Numbered from the whole stretch's first letter, positions 1-9,121 are shown. The stretch is DNA of 43,383 bases, filler included, from Nanobdellota archaeon (GCA_003660925.1; 14 parts of 14 records of this genome joined end to end with filler, not necessarily neighbours in it), one strand, 5' to 3'. Program-made: numbers and translations. Notes: generated from the letters alone by a model not told the origin.

Positions 1-1032
1 GTGAGGGATCTTTCCGTCCTTCACCACTTCTTGGGCCACGAACCTCGCCAGCTTCTTCCTGTTCTCGGGCGTATCTGGCATCATGGAATTCATGTAGACC
101 TCATACCCATATCCCCTTAACCTGGACCTCAAGGCAGGGTGCATCTTCTGAATGGTCTCTAAATTCCCTGCCCCCACGAAGATGAAATCGCAAGGAACGG
201 GTTCTGTCTGGACCATAGCCCCAGCGCTCCTTTCGCTCCTCCCCGTTATGGGATACTTCTTCTCTTGCATGGCGGTCAGCAACTCCACTTGCATCTCTGG
301 CTTCAAGGTCCCTATCTCGTCTATGAAAAGAACCCCTTTGTGCGCCCTGTGGATTGCCCCTGCCACCACCCTCTCGTGGGCTGGAGTTCCCAATCCTCCT
401 GTCTGAAATGGGTCGTGCTTTATGTCGCCCAGCAAGGCTCCCTCGTGGAGTCCGGTAGCGTCCACGAAGGGGGCGATATCTTTATCGCTGTTGTCTACTA
501 TGACTTTCGGAGCTATTACTCTCACCCTCCCGACCCTCAACTTATAGGACAAGTAGAACATGGTGGCCATGATGATTATCAACATGGTCATCAAGGTAGA
601 GGATATTCTATCAGCAGCTGCTAGGATCTCGCTCTTTTCTTGAGATATGAGCCAGTCCGATATGAAAGAAAAGATGGACATGCCAACTATCAGCAAGATG
701 ATGAAGAGCCACCCTCTATCTTGACTCACCGTGAGGGCCTTTAACCTCGCGTTCTCGACTATCTTCCTCCCCTGTCCAGCGGGGACGGTCTTTATCAGGG
801 GTCTGTCCTCGTCCTTGGGGTTTGGGAGGGCCAGGATGTCGACGAGTTGCTCCTTTGGGAGGAGCTCTGCTAAGGCCTGACCTATCATGCTCTTCCCCGT
901 CCCTGGCTCCCCTATTAACAGGACGTTCCTCCTCTGCTTCGCTGCCTTCTTTATGATCTCTACAGCCTCGTCTTGACCTATGACTTGGTCTATTAGTTTC
1001 TCAGGTATCTTGATCTCTTCCGTCGTCTTCAT
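1..1032 (-). CDS. lonB: Archaeal Lon protease (LonB), 3'-truncated at window edge
   Basis: Manual translation, absent from ORF track: MKTTEEIKIPEKLIDQVIGQDEAVEIIKKAAKQRRNVLLIGEPGTGKS (Walker A), two inserted TM segments, then HDPFQTGGLGTPAHERVVAGAIHRAHKGVLFIDEI (Walker B). Confidence 0.96.
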   Translation of the reverse strand, partial: MKTTEEIKIPEKLIDQVIGQDEAVEIIKKAAKQRRNVLLIGEPGTGKSMIGQALAELLPKEQLVDILALPNPKDEDRPLIKTVPAGQGRKIVENARLKALTVSQDRGWLFIILLIVGMSIFSFISDWLISQEKSEILAAADRISSTLMTMLIIIMATMFYLSYKLRVGRVRVIAPKVIVDNSDKDIAPFVDATGLHEGALLGDIKHDPFQTGGLGTPAHERVVAGAIHRAHKGVLFIDEIGTLKPEMQVELLTAMQEKKYPITGRSERSAGAMVQTEPVPCDFIFVGAGNLETIQKMHPALRSRLRGYGYEVYMNSMMPDTPENRKKLARFVAQEVVKDGKIPH

Positions 1033-1040
1033 ATGGATCT

Positions 1041-1295
1041 CTACTCTTCAGCTGAGAGCGTAGCTCTAGATATGATAACTATATCCCCAACCGCCTTGAC
1101 CAATTGGTGGGGGACCAGAACTCCCTTGGCGCCTCCAAGGGTCTTGGAGAGGAGGGAACCCTTTGATGCCCTTACCTTCCAACCTGCCACCTTGTTCCCC
1201 TCTATGATAAGTTCATCTACCTCGCCGAAGTAGTCCCCCTCCTCGGTATAGACGCTCTTCCCGTACATCTCTGTTACCCTTTTCATCTTGAGCAT
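1041..1295 (-). CDS. PRC-barrel domain protein (CdpB-like)
   Basis: MYGKSVYTEEGDYFGEVDELII...VPHQLVKAVGDIVII fits the PRC-barrel pattern; 8 bp upstream of lonB, same strand. Confidence 0.85.
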   Translation of the reverse strand: MLKMKRVTEMYGKSVYTEEGDYFGEVDELIIEGNKVAGWKVRASKGSLLSKTLGGAKGVLVPHQLVKAVGDIVIISRATLSAEE

Positions 1296-1386
1296 ATTTC
1301 TCCTTTTTCTTGCTTAAATAAATATTTTTCCTCATCCAGCGACGTCCTCATAAGAAGTCCCATACTTAACCCGATTGAAGTACACG

Positions 1387-1437
1387 CAGGACACCCTTGT
1401 CCTGAGAGATATATTGGTCGGTAAACAAATTTATAAA
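1387..1437 (+). promoter_or_regulatory. nrdD promoter: perfect inverted repeat CAGGACA-CCCT-TGTCCTG plus TATA box
   Basis: IR at 1387-1404; TTTATAAA at 1430-1437, 26 nt before ATG 1464. Confidence 0.5.
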
Positions 1438-1463
1438 AAATGTCAGGAATTTTTCTCCACGCC

Positions 1464-3614
1464 ATGCTCGAGAAGATCAGGAAGAGAGATGGTTCTCTCC
1501 AGCCATTTAACCCCGAGAAGATAAAGAACGCGATTTTGAAGGCGTTCCAAGCCACTGGAGAAGGAGGAGAAAAGAATGCTGAGAAGCTCACGAAGCGTGT
1601 AGTGAAGATCCTCGAGGAAAGGTTCACCAGACGGATCCCAGGAGTTGAGGACATTCAGGACATAGTGGAAGAGGTTCTCATGAAATCCGGATTTCTCAAG
1701 ACCGCTCGCGCTTACATCATTTACAGGGAACAACACAGGGAGTTAAGGGAATTAAGTCCTCTATTCGAAGATGTGAGGATGGTAGATAGATACCTTGAGG
1801 AGGAGGACTGGTTGGTGAGGGAAAACAGCAACATGAACTTCTCCCTTCAAGGCCTGAACACCTACATCACCACCAAAGTGATTTCCAGGTATTGGCTGAG
1901 GAAGATCTATTCCCCTGAAATGAGGAGAGCCCACTTGGAGGGGGACTTCCACATCCATGACTTGGGAATCTTAGGGGCTTATTGCGTAGGGTGGGACCTA
2001 CAAGACTTGTTGCTGACGGGGTTTACTGGAACTGCCGGTAAGATAAGCTCCAAACCCCCAAAGCACTTCGGGGTGGCGTTGGGACAGCTAGTCAATTACT
2101 TGTACACTCTTCAAGGCGAATCCGCTGGTGCCCAGGCGGTCTCCAACTTTGACACACTCCTCGCCCCTTTCATAAGGTACGACAATTTATCCTATGAGCA
2201 AGTCAAGCAAGAGATGCAGAGGTTTTTATTCAACATGAATGTGCCCACCAGGGTCGGATTCCAAACCCCCTTCACCAACATAACCGTGGACTTAAAGGTC
2301 CCAAAGTTCATGGAAGACGCTCCAGTGATCTTCGGTGGGAAGTTCATGAAGGACACATACGGAGATTTCCAAGAAGAGATGGACCTTTTGAACAGGGCGT
2401 TCTGCGAGGTCATGATGGAAGGAGATGCTAATAATAGGGTCTTCACCTTCCCCATCCCAACTTATAACATAACAAAAGAGTTCGACTGGGACAACCCCGT
2501 CTTCGATTTGGTCCTAGAGATGACCGCAAAATATGGGATCCCTTACTTCGCCAACTTCGTCAACAGCGACATGAGTCCTGATGATGTCAGGAGCATGTGT
2601 TGCAGGTTGAGGTTGGACACAAGGGACTTGAAGAAAAGAGGAGGGGGGTTATTTGGGGCTTACCCGCTCACGGGGAGCTTGGGAGTGGTCACCCTGAACA
2701 TGCCGAAGATAGGGTACTTAAGCAGGAACGAGGATGAGTTCATGGACAGGTTGTACAGGTTGATGGTCCTCGCTAAGAACTGTCTGGAGATAAAAAGGAA
2801 GACCATAGAGAGGTTGACCGAGAGAGGATTATATCCCTACTCAAGGTTCTACCTTAGGAACGTGAAGAAGACCTTTGGGGAGTACTGGAAGAACCACTTC
2901 TCCACCATCGGCCTGATAGGAATGAATGAGGCCCTCCTCAATTTATTTGGTTTTGGAATATGGAAGGAAGAAGGGAAGAAGTTCGCAGAGAAGGTTTTAG
3001 ATTTCATGAGAAAGGTCTTAACCGAATTTCAAGAGGAGACGGGAAACATGTATAACTTAGAGGCGACTCCTGCCGAAGGAACTAGTTACAGGTTAGCAAA
3101 GATAGACAAGGAGAAGTTCGGGGACATAATCGTAGCGAATGAGGAGGAGTGGAGAAGAGGGGCAGCTCCCTTTTACACGAATTCCACGTGGTTGCCAGTG
3201 AACTATACCGATGACGTCTTCGAGCTGTTGGATCACCAAGACTCCCTCCAGAAGAGATATACTGGGGGGACGGTGGTGCACATATGGTTGGGGGAAAAGC
3301 CGAATCCGAAGACCCTGAAGAGCATGGTAAAAAAGATCGTCAGTAATTACGAACTTCCCTACTTCACATTTACCCCCACCTTCAGCATATGCCCAATTCA
3401 CGGTTACATACCTGGGGAACATAAGTATTGCCCGAAAAAGCACACCAAGGAAGAGTTAGAGAGATTGAAGCACATGGGACTGAACGTGATGAATGGCGTG
3501 CCCTGCGAGGTCTATTCAAGGATAGTTGGTTACCTGAGGCCCGTGAACCAGTGGAATGACGGGAAGCAGGCGGAGTTCAGGCTCAGGAAGACCTTCGACA
3601 AGTCGTTGAAATGA
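1464..3614 (+). CDS. nrdD: Anaerobic (class III) ribonucleoside-triphosphate reductase with N-terminal ATP cone
   Basis: ATP cone (IRKRDG...FNPEKIKNAI), HIHDL, SMCCRL, C-terminal CPIHGY...YSRIVGYLRPV glycyl-radical loop; start at 1464 preferred over 1440 from TATA spacing. Confidence 0.97.
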   Translation: MLEKIRKRDGSLQPFNPEKIKNAILKAFQATGEGGEKNAEKLTKRVVKILEERFTRRIPGVEDIQDIVEEVLMKSGFLKTARAYIIYREQHRELRELSPLFEDVRMVDRYLEEEDWLVRENSNMNFSLQGLNTYITTKVISRYWLRKIYSPEMRRAHLEGDFHIHDLGILGAYCVGWDLQDLLLTGFTGTAGKISSKPPKHFGVALGQLVNYLYTLQGESAGAQAVSNFDTLLAPFIRYDNLSYEQVKQEMQRFLFNMNVPTRVGFQTPFTNITVDLKVPKFMEDAPVIFGGKFMKDTYGDFQEEMDLLNRAFCEVMMEGDANNRVFTFPIPTYNITKEFDWDNPVFDLVLEMTAKYGIPYFANFVNSDMSPDDVRSMCCRLRLDTRDLKKRGGGLFGAYPLTGSLGVVTLNMPKIGYLSRNEDEFMDRLYRLMVLAKNCLEIKRKTIERLTERGLYPYSRFYLRNVKKTFGEYWKNHFSTIGLIGMNEALLNLFGFGIWKEEGKKFAEKVLDFMRKVLTEFQEETGNMYNLEATPAEGTSYRLAKIDKEKFGDIIVANEEEWRRGAAPFYTNSTWLPVNYTDDVFELLDHQDSLQKRYTGGTVVHIWLGEKPNPKTLKSMVKKIVSNYELPYFTFTPTFSICPIHGYIPGEHKYCPKKHTKEELERLKHMGLNVMNGVPCEVYSRIVGYLRPVNQWNDGKQAEFRLRKTFDKSLK

Positions 3615-3629
3615 TAAGAGGGATCCAGA
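3611..3629 (+). CDS. nrdG: Probable start of anaerobic RNR activating protein (fragment MIRGIQ)
   Basis: ATGA overlap with nrdD stop; MIRGIQ resembles NrdG N-termini (MxIxGxQxxSLIDYPG); only 6 codons visible. Confidence 0.5.
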
Positions 3630-3729
3630 NNNNNNNNNNNNNNNNNNNNNNNNNNNNNNNNNNNNNNNNNNNNTTAATTAATTAANNNNNNNNNNNNNNN
3701 NNNNNNNNNNNNNNNNNNNNNNNNNNNNN
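3630..3729. other. Artificial contig linker (first of 13)
   Basis: N44-TTAATTAATTAA-N44; identical linkers at 7327-7426, 10665-10764, 13984-14083, 17215-17314, 20373-20472, 23531-23630, 26610-26709, 29585-29684, 32437-32536, 35231-35330, 37975-38074, 40688-40787. Confidence 0.99.
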
Positions 3730-4165
3730 AGTAGATTACTTGCTCTTCAACGTGAGGAAGGAGGATTTGAGGAAGTTGAGGAGAGTGGAGGAAGAGGCGA
3801 AGAAGCATGGGGTTAAGATTGCCATCGAGAACAACCAAGACTTCAGGACTCCCTCCGACGTCTACTACGCCTTAAGTGATACTGATATAGGGTTCGTCCT
3901 CAACACGAGCAATGCCAGGGATTACTCGAGGAACATAGAGGGCTTCATAAAGATGTTAAGGGATAGGATAGTTGGAATTCACCTCTCAGATTGGTATCAG
4001 GGGATAGGAGGCCTCCCTTACTCCTTAGGGGAAAGTGCCTTCTTGGACCCCGTCCTGAAGGAGTTCAAGAAGGGCTCCGTGGTCCTTGATTTAGATCCGA
4101 GGTATTCCGTAGAGGACGTGGTCATAAGCATAGATAAACTGAAACAAAGGATCCGAAAGCTTTAG
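3730..4165 (+). CDS. Xylose isomerase-like / AP-endonuclease-2 TIM barrel protein, 5'-truncated
   Basis: AKKHGVKIAIENN...IGFVLNTSNA...RIVGIHLSD pattern; usual DxGH ligand motif appears as NTSN. Confidence 0.7.
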
Positions 4166-4518
4166 TAATAGAACTGGAGCTTTGGCTTATCTCTCTTCTC
4201 TCCTTTCTCTTCCTTGGGTTCTAAGATGCTCAGGTCCATGGGCTTGAACTCCTCTTCCCTTCTCTCCTCCCTTTCCGCATATAACTTCATCATCTTCGCA
4301 TCGTGTTCTCTCAGGAAGAGAGTTATCACGTCCACCATGGACCTCAACTCATCGGTGTTCATCTTGAAGGCTGCCCTTATCCCGGATTCGTCTCCTATCC
4401 TGATGTTCAAACTTCCCTCTTCCACGAATCCCCTCTCATTGATCTTGGGCATCTCTCCATCCAACTCTAAATAAGTCCTCTTGTCCTGCCAAAAGTGCGT
4501 CTTCCTGAATATCCTCAT
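4162..4518 (-). CDS. Hypothetical protein (beta-rich N-terminus, charged tail)
   Basis: 118-aa ORF with host-like codon usage; no motif recognised. Confidence 0.75.
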   Translation of the reverse strand: MRIFRKTHFWQDKRTYLELDGEMPKINERGFVEEGSLNIRIGDESGIRAAFKMNTDELRSMVDVITLFLREHDAKMMKLYAEREERREEEFKPMDLSILEPKEEKGEKRDKPKLQFYY

Positions 4519-4655
4519 GGTTTATACAACATATCGCATTTTATGAATTTTGTGCTGTATAAAAGTTTAAAAGGGAGTAACCTCCTTCCTTAAATGTGCA
4601 GACAAGGCCTTACCCATGTTTTTGTGAGTAGGGCCACCTACTTCTGGGTGGTTGG

Positions 4656-4943
4656 ATGGACTGCGTGAGATGTGGTTGGGTGGTGAACAGGCCCCTTAGG
4701 TACAAACAACTCAAGAGGTTGGTGGCAGAGATATCCCACTTGCTAGGGGAGGAGGAACTCTATTATGCGGTCATGAACAGGATAAAGGAGGAGATGAGGA
4801 TGAAGTATCCACTTTCAGGAGAGGTCCCCATCTGCAGGTATTGCTTGTTGGAGTTGTTCCTCTTATTCGCAAGGGATAATAAGGAAAAAGAGGTGAAGAA
4901 GCTCATCCGAACCTATGACTTCCAAGGTGCGATAATCACTTGA
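4656..4943 (+). CDS. Small Cys-motif (CxxC...CxxC) hypothetical protein
   Basis: MDCVRC...PICRYC; SD GGGTGG 4 nt upstream of ATG. Confidence 0.75.
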   Translation: MDCVRCGWVVNRPLRYKQLKRLVAEISHLLGEEELYYAVMNRIKEEMRMKYPLSGEVPICRYCLLELFLLFARDNKEKEVKKLIRTYDFQGAIIT

Positions 4944-5355
4944 CTTTCACGTAGTTCTTCCACCACAACTCCAAATCTTCCAAGACTTCGCTGAATTTGG
5001 TGCTCAACCTCACTGGCTCAGCTTTAGTCTTCCTCTGAAATATCCCCGCCCTCTTCAACATGAGATAAACTTGCCAAGTTGTGCTCTTTGGGGTGTTCAA
5101 TAAGCTCGCGATTCGCTTAAAGGTAAGGGGTTCTTCACTATGCTTCACCAGCTTTATCATCTTCTCCGCGATCTTCGCCTTCTTCTCGCTTTGGAAGAGG
5201 AACTCGCAGAAATCTTCTAGGGTGAATTGGCCCGTCGATAATAAAGTCCTCATTCGCTCGTAGTTGAGCTGGAGGTTGCACCACAAGCGCTCCTTCCTCC
5301 TCTTCCAATACTCCCTGTAATCTATCTCTACCCCAAGAGGGGTGGTTTTCTTCAT
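4936..5355 (-). CDS. Putative winged-helix DNA-binding protein
   Basis: EPLTFKRIASLLNTPKSTTWQVYLMLKRAGIF is an HTH-like segment. Confidence 0.65.
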   Translation of the reverse strand: MKKTTPLGVEIDYREYWKRRKERLWCNLQLNYERMRTLLSTGQFTLEDFCEFLFQSEKKAKIAEKMIKLVKHSEEPLTFKRIASLLNTPKSTTWQVYLMLKRAGIFQRKTKAEPVRLSTKFSEVLEDLELWWKNYVKVK

Positions 5356-5439
5356 GAAGTTCGAAGGTTTCGCTGCTTTAAATTTGTTTTCAACGTTGTA
5401 AATCCATAGGGTTATAAAGCCTCTCCATCCATCTGGAGC

Positions 5440-5709
5440 ATGAAAAAGCCCGTAAAAAACGAGGATTACGAAGCAGTGAAGGTAGAGGACGGATTCGGAC
5501 TATTGAACAAGAAGACGAACACATTTTACAAGGTCGGGACCGAGGTCATGCTCGTCTGGTCCTTGTGCGACGGAAACAACACGATAGCGGACATGGTTAA
5601 AAAGATCACTGGGGGCAAGCCCCTACCAAAAGGGGTTACTGAGGAAATGATAAAGGAGGATGTTGAGAAGATCATCGATCTTCTCAGGGAAAACGATTTG
5701 GTGAGGTGA
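5440..5709 (+). CDS. PqqD-family / RiPP recognition element (RRE) protein
   Basis: 89 aa: three strands then VWSLCDGNNTIADMV...EDVEKIIDLLRENDLV, the typical PqqD pattern. Confidence 0.85.
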   Translation: MKKPVKNEDYEAVKVEDGFGLLNKKTNTFYKVGTEVMLVWSLCDGNNTIADMVKKITGGKPLPKGVTEEMIKEDVEKIIDLLRENDLVR

Positions 5710-5718
5710 ATTTCTTCT

Positions 5719-5925
5719 ATGATGGAAAGGAGGGGTTTTGCGAAACCCGTAAAGGAAGGTGAAGAGTATGACGTCACCATCGAGGCTATAGCCTCGAAGG
5801 GAGACGGGATAGCAAAGGTGAAGGGGTTCGTCATCTTCGTGCCTGGCACGAAGCAAGGCGATAAGGTGAAGATAAAGATAGACAGAGTGATGAGGAACTT
5901 CGCGATTGCATCTGTGGTTCAATAG
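5719..5925 (+). CDS. Single TRAM-domain RNA chaperone
   Basis: PVKEGEEYDVTIEAIASKGDGIAKVKGFVIFVPGTKQGDKVKIKI. Confidence 0.93.
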   Translation: MMERRGFAKPVKEGEEYDVTIEAIASKGDGIAKVKGFVIFVPGTKQGDKVKIKIDRVMRNFAIASVVQ

Positions 5926-6176
5926 ATGTGAAAGCCTTCTTGGACTTTTTCTTCCACTTTTTCTATTTTTACATCATCTACCCTAGCGAGAGGAGGGCCC
6001 CTCCTCAGGAATTTCAAGAACTCCTCCATCTTATCTCCTTCTGCTAGGACTTCCACGCTCCCGTCGGGGAGGTTCCTCACCCATCCTTTGATCCCTAGCC
6101 TTTTCGCCACTAATTTGGTGCTGAACCTGAACCCTACCCCCTGAACCCTCCCGTATATCCTTATCCTGTAGGCCAT
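5919..6176 (-). CDS. acyP: Acylphosphatase
   Basis: GRVQGVGFR and GWVRNLPDGSVE signatures; start at MAYR. Confidence 0.95.
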   Translation of the reverse strand: MAYRIRIYGRVQGVGFRFSTKLVAKRLGIKGWVRNLPDGSVEVLAEGDKMEEFLKFLRRGPPLARVDDVKIEKVEEKVQEGFHIY

Positions 6177-6217
6177 AAGATGAAATTTATTTAAGCCCTT
6201 AAATATTTTCAAATCCC

Positions 6218-6778
6218 ATGAGAAACCTCGCTCAAATTTTGAGGGAAATGAAGGGCATCAACGAGATCATGTCAATAACCGCGAGCACATCCGTGCTCCT
6301 TGGTGACAGAAACCTAGCAAAGGTCGTGGTGGAGCTTCACGAGAAGCTCAAACACGTTAGGGATGAGGCATATCACCTCCTCTTCGGATTGAGGGGAATA
6401 AAGAAGGACGTCCTGATAACCATAACGGACATCGTGGAAAACATAAGCGACATGGCGGACTCCGCAGAGGACATGGCCAACTTGGTGATCAAAGGGAAGG
6501 AGTTACATCCCATCTTAAAGAGTGTCCTAGGTGAGGAAGAAAGGAGAGTGTTCTTAATCCTTGTGAAACCCGGTCCCCTTGTGGGGAGGAGCTTGATGGA
6601 ATTAAACCTGGAGACAAAGGCTGGAGTGAGGGTGTTAGCAATAAAGAGGGAGGAAAAGTGGATCATATCCCCGGCAGGCAGGGAGAAGCTCAGGGAAAAC
6701 GACCTCTTATTGTGCGTGGGAAAGGAAAAAGGAAGGGATCTCCTCAAGAAGGCGATAGCTGGGACAGTTAAGATATGA
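6218..6778 (+). CDS. PhoU-like helical domain + TrkA-C (RCK_C) protein
   Basis: Helical N-terminus (ENISDMADSA); GPLVGRSLMELNLETKAGVRVLAIKRE...LRENDLLLCVG; overlaps the MgtE gene. Confidence 0.85.
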   Translation: MRNLAQILREMKGINEIMSITASTSVLLGDRNLAKVVVELHEKLKHVRDEAYHLLFGLRGIKKDVLITITDIVENISDMADSAEDMANLVIKGKELHPILKSVLGEEERRVFLILVKPGPLVGRSLMELNLETKAGVRVLAIKREEKWIISPAGREKLRENDLLLCVGKEKGRDLLKKAIAGTVKI

Positions 6779-7314
6779 GGGACGTCACTCAGATGCTCGT
6801 TGCGGAATTGGTATCTATAAGTGGAGGTGTCCTGGCAGGATACTTGCTCGCTGGCGTGACTGGGATCCTGGAGAAGATTCCGGGGGTCCTCATCCTTCTT
6901 CCAGCTTTCCTCGAACTCAGGGGAAACATAGCTGGCTCGCTGGCAGCCAGGTTAGGGACGGGATTACATCTGGGGGTGATAAGGGGGAGGTGGAAAAGGG
7001 AAAATGTGAGGAGGAACGTCCTCGCTTCTTTCTTCTTAGGTATCATTGTCTCTGCGGTGATAGGAGGGTTTGCCTGGTTTCTTTCCTTCCTCATGGGCAT
7101 AGAGAGCATGGGCTGGAAGCTCGTCCTCCTCTCCGTCCTCGCTGCCCTCATATCTAACGTGATAGGGATTTCCCTCACCACCTACCTCACCCTCATGTTG
7201 TACAAGAAGGGATACAACCCGGATGATGTCATGGGCCCTGTGGTCACCACTATAGGGGATGTGGTGAGCGTCCTCTCCCTCATCCTAGCGGGATTGGTGG
7301 TGGTGAATGTATAA
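6775..7314 (+). CDS. mgtE: MgtE/SLC41 divalent cation transporter membrane domain
   Basis: LPAFLELRGNIAGSLAARLGTGLHLG and NPDDVMGPVVTTIGD; a further overlapping ORF (MYKMKD) starts at 7307 and runs into the gap. Confidence 0.9.
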   Translation: MRDVTQMLVAELVSISGGVLAGYLLAGVTGILEKIPGVLILLPAFLELRGNIAGSLAARLGTGLHLGVIRGRWKRENVRRNVLASFFLGIIVSAVIGGFAWFLSFLMGIESMGWKLVLLSVLAALISNVIGISLTTYLTLMLYKKGYNPDDVMGPVVTTIGDVVSVLSLILAGLVVVNV

Positions 7315-7427
7315 GATGAAGGACATNNNNNNNNNNNNNNNNNNNNNNNNNNNNNNNNNNNNNNNNNNNNTTAATTAATTAANNNNNNNNNNNNNNNNNN
7401 NNNNNNNNNNNNNNNNNNNNNNNNNNA

Positions 7428-7766
7428 AAGAGCACTGCCACGGACCTATTGAATGTCATGACTCATTTGGTGGAAATGAGAAAGATAAAGCCCGGAAAGG
7501 GGCTCAGGTTCCTGTATGATGACAAGGAAGGGGAACTTTGGATCATTGGAAAGACAGCCTTCATCATAAAAGACAGCAAGCATCCTGAGAGAGGGGTGTT
7601 GAAGGCAAAGTTGAAAAGAGATGGAGGCCTCTCAAAAGCGTCAAAGAGTACCATCTTAGAGCTGGACAAGGCGAGGAAGCGCTGGAAAGGGGTTATCTAT
7701 GTGAGGGAGAAGACCCTTAGGGACCTTAAGAAGCTCCTAGGAAAGGAGATCAAAATAGAACTATAG
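7428..7766 (+). CDS. Hypothetical protein, probably 5'-truncated
   Basis: Frame open from contig start; host-like codon usage. Confidence 0.6.
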   Translation, partial: KSTATDLLNVMTHLVEMRKIKPGKGLRFLYDDKEGELWIIGKTAFIIKDSKHPERGVLKAKLKRDGGLSKASKSTILELDKARKRWKGVIYVREKTLRDLKKLLGKEIKIEL

Positions 7767-7797
7767 TTTTAAATAAAGACCGTTTCTCTTCTTATGT

Positions 7798-7881
7798 GCC
7801 GGGGTAGCCAAGCGGTCCAAGGCGCCAGCCTGGAGAGCTGGTGGGCTTCGGCCCTCGTGGGTTCGAATCCCACCCCCGGCG
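7798..7881 (+). tRNA. tRNA-Ser(GGA)
   Basis: GCCGGGG/CCCCGGC acceptor stem, CCAGC-CT GGA GA-GCTGG anticodon arm, long variable arm GGGCTTCGGCCC, GTTCGAATCC T loop, G discriminator, no encoded CCA; TTTAAATA box at 7768-7775. Confidence 0.96.
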
Positions 7882-7939
7882 TCTTCTCCGCCGTTAAACG
7901 CCCTTAAATACTCCTTGAACCCATTTAGAGGGTGGAATA

Positions 7940-9121
7940 ATGTGCGACATCCATAACTACAAGTTGACGTTAAAGAGAGAGGAAAGGAACATAAGAAAGG
8001 CTAAGATCTCAAAAAGGAATAAGCAATTGATCCTCGAGTTCGGGAGGTACTGTCTGGCGAGCGGTATCGGGTACGCGAGGATCCAAAGGTTCTACCAGAT
8101 ATTGAGGGATATCTCCCTCAGGATGAAAAAGGACCTAGACTCCCTTAGGAAGAGAGATATTTACAAGCTCCTCGAGATGATCGAGGAGAGAGATTTTACC
8201 GCGTGGACCAAATATACCTATAAAAGCTGTTTCAGGAAGTTCTGCAAGTGGATGGCAGAGGTCAAGGGAAAAAAGAGGTACATGAAGTTTTACCAGATAG
8301 TAAAACCGACTATGAAGAACAACAACCACAAGCTCCCTGAGGAGCTCCTGACGGAGGAAGAAGTCCTGAAGATGGTTGAAGTAGCGGATAATCCAAGGGA
8401 TAAAGCCTTAATCATGACCTTATACGAGTCTGGTTGTAGGATCGGTGAAATAGGCTCCATGAAGGTGAAACATGTCTCCTTTGATGACTACGGCGCTGTC
8501 CTCATAGTGAACGGGAAGACGGGCATGAGGAGAGTAAGAGTGATTAACTCTGCCCCTTATCTATCCGAATGGTTGAGGTATCTAAACGGGGACAAAGAAA
8601 GCCCGTTGTGGGTGAGCAAGGGAGGGAAATTCTTGACGTACTCTGGCATCACAAGGATCATCAGGAAGTGGGCTAAAGAGGCGGGGATCAAGAAGAGGGT
8701 CTATCCCCACCTCTTCAGGCACTCGAGAGCCACTCATCTAGCAAACTACTTGACAGAAGCTCAAATGAAGAACTACTTCGGATGGGCCCAGTCGAGCAAG
8801 ATGGCCTCAGTCTACGTCCACCTCTCCGGAAGGGACGTCGATAACAAAATCATTGAGATATACGGGCTGAAGAAAAGAGAAGAAAAGGAGAAGAAACTGA
8901 TCAAGATAAAGGAATGTCCGCGCTGTTTCTACAGGAACCCGGCGGACGCCAAGTTCTGCGTGAGGTGCGGACTCCCCTTGGATGTCAAGTCCGCAATGAG
9001 CGCAGAGGAAGAGGACATCCACTCCCTCATGAAAGAACTCCTCAAGGACGAAGAGGTCCAAAGAGTTTTGATAAGGAAGATGAGGGAGATGAGAGCAAAA
9101 GCGGGTGGTCTCCTTGCCTGA
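7940..9121 (+). CDS. Tyrosine recombinase/integrase with C-terminal zinc ribbon
   Basis: YESGCRIGE (R), GKTG (K), HLFRHSRAT (HxxR), FGW, VYVHL (Y); CPRC...CVRC; starts 58 bp after tRNA-Ser. Confidence 0.95.
   Translation: MCDIHNYKLTLKREERNIRKAKISKRNKQLILEFGRYCLASGIGYARIQRFYQILRDISLRMKKDLDSLRKRDIYKLLEMIEERDFTAWTKYTYKSCFRKFCKWMAEVKGKKRYMKFYQIVKPTMKNNNHKLPEELLTEEEVLKMVEVADNPRDKALIMTLYESGCRIGEIGSMKVKHVSFDDYGAVLIVNGKTGMRRVRVINSAPYLSEWLRYLNGDKESPLWVSKGGKFLTYSGITRIIRKWAKEAGIKKRVYPHLFRHSRATHLANYLTEAQMKNYFGWAQSSKMASVYVHLSGRDVDNKIIEIYGLKKREEKEKKLIKIKECPRCFYRNPADAKFCVRCGLPLDVKSAMSAEEEDIHSLMKELLKDEEVQRVLIRKMREMRAKAGGLLA

Noticed and set aside
1405..1420. NrdR-box-like ATATATTG upstream of nrdD
   Set aside because: Only half the consensus, single copy, and NrdR is mainly a bacterial regulator.
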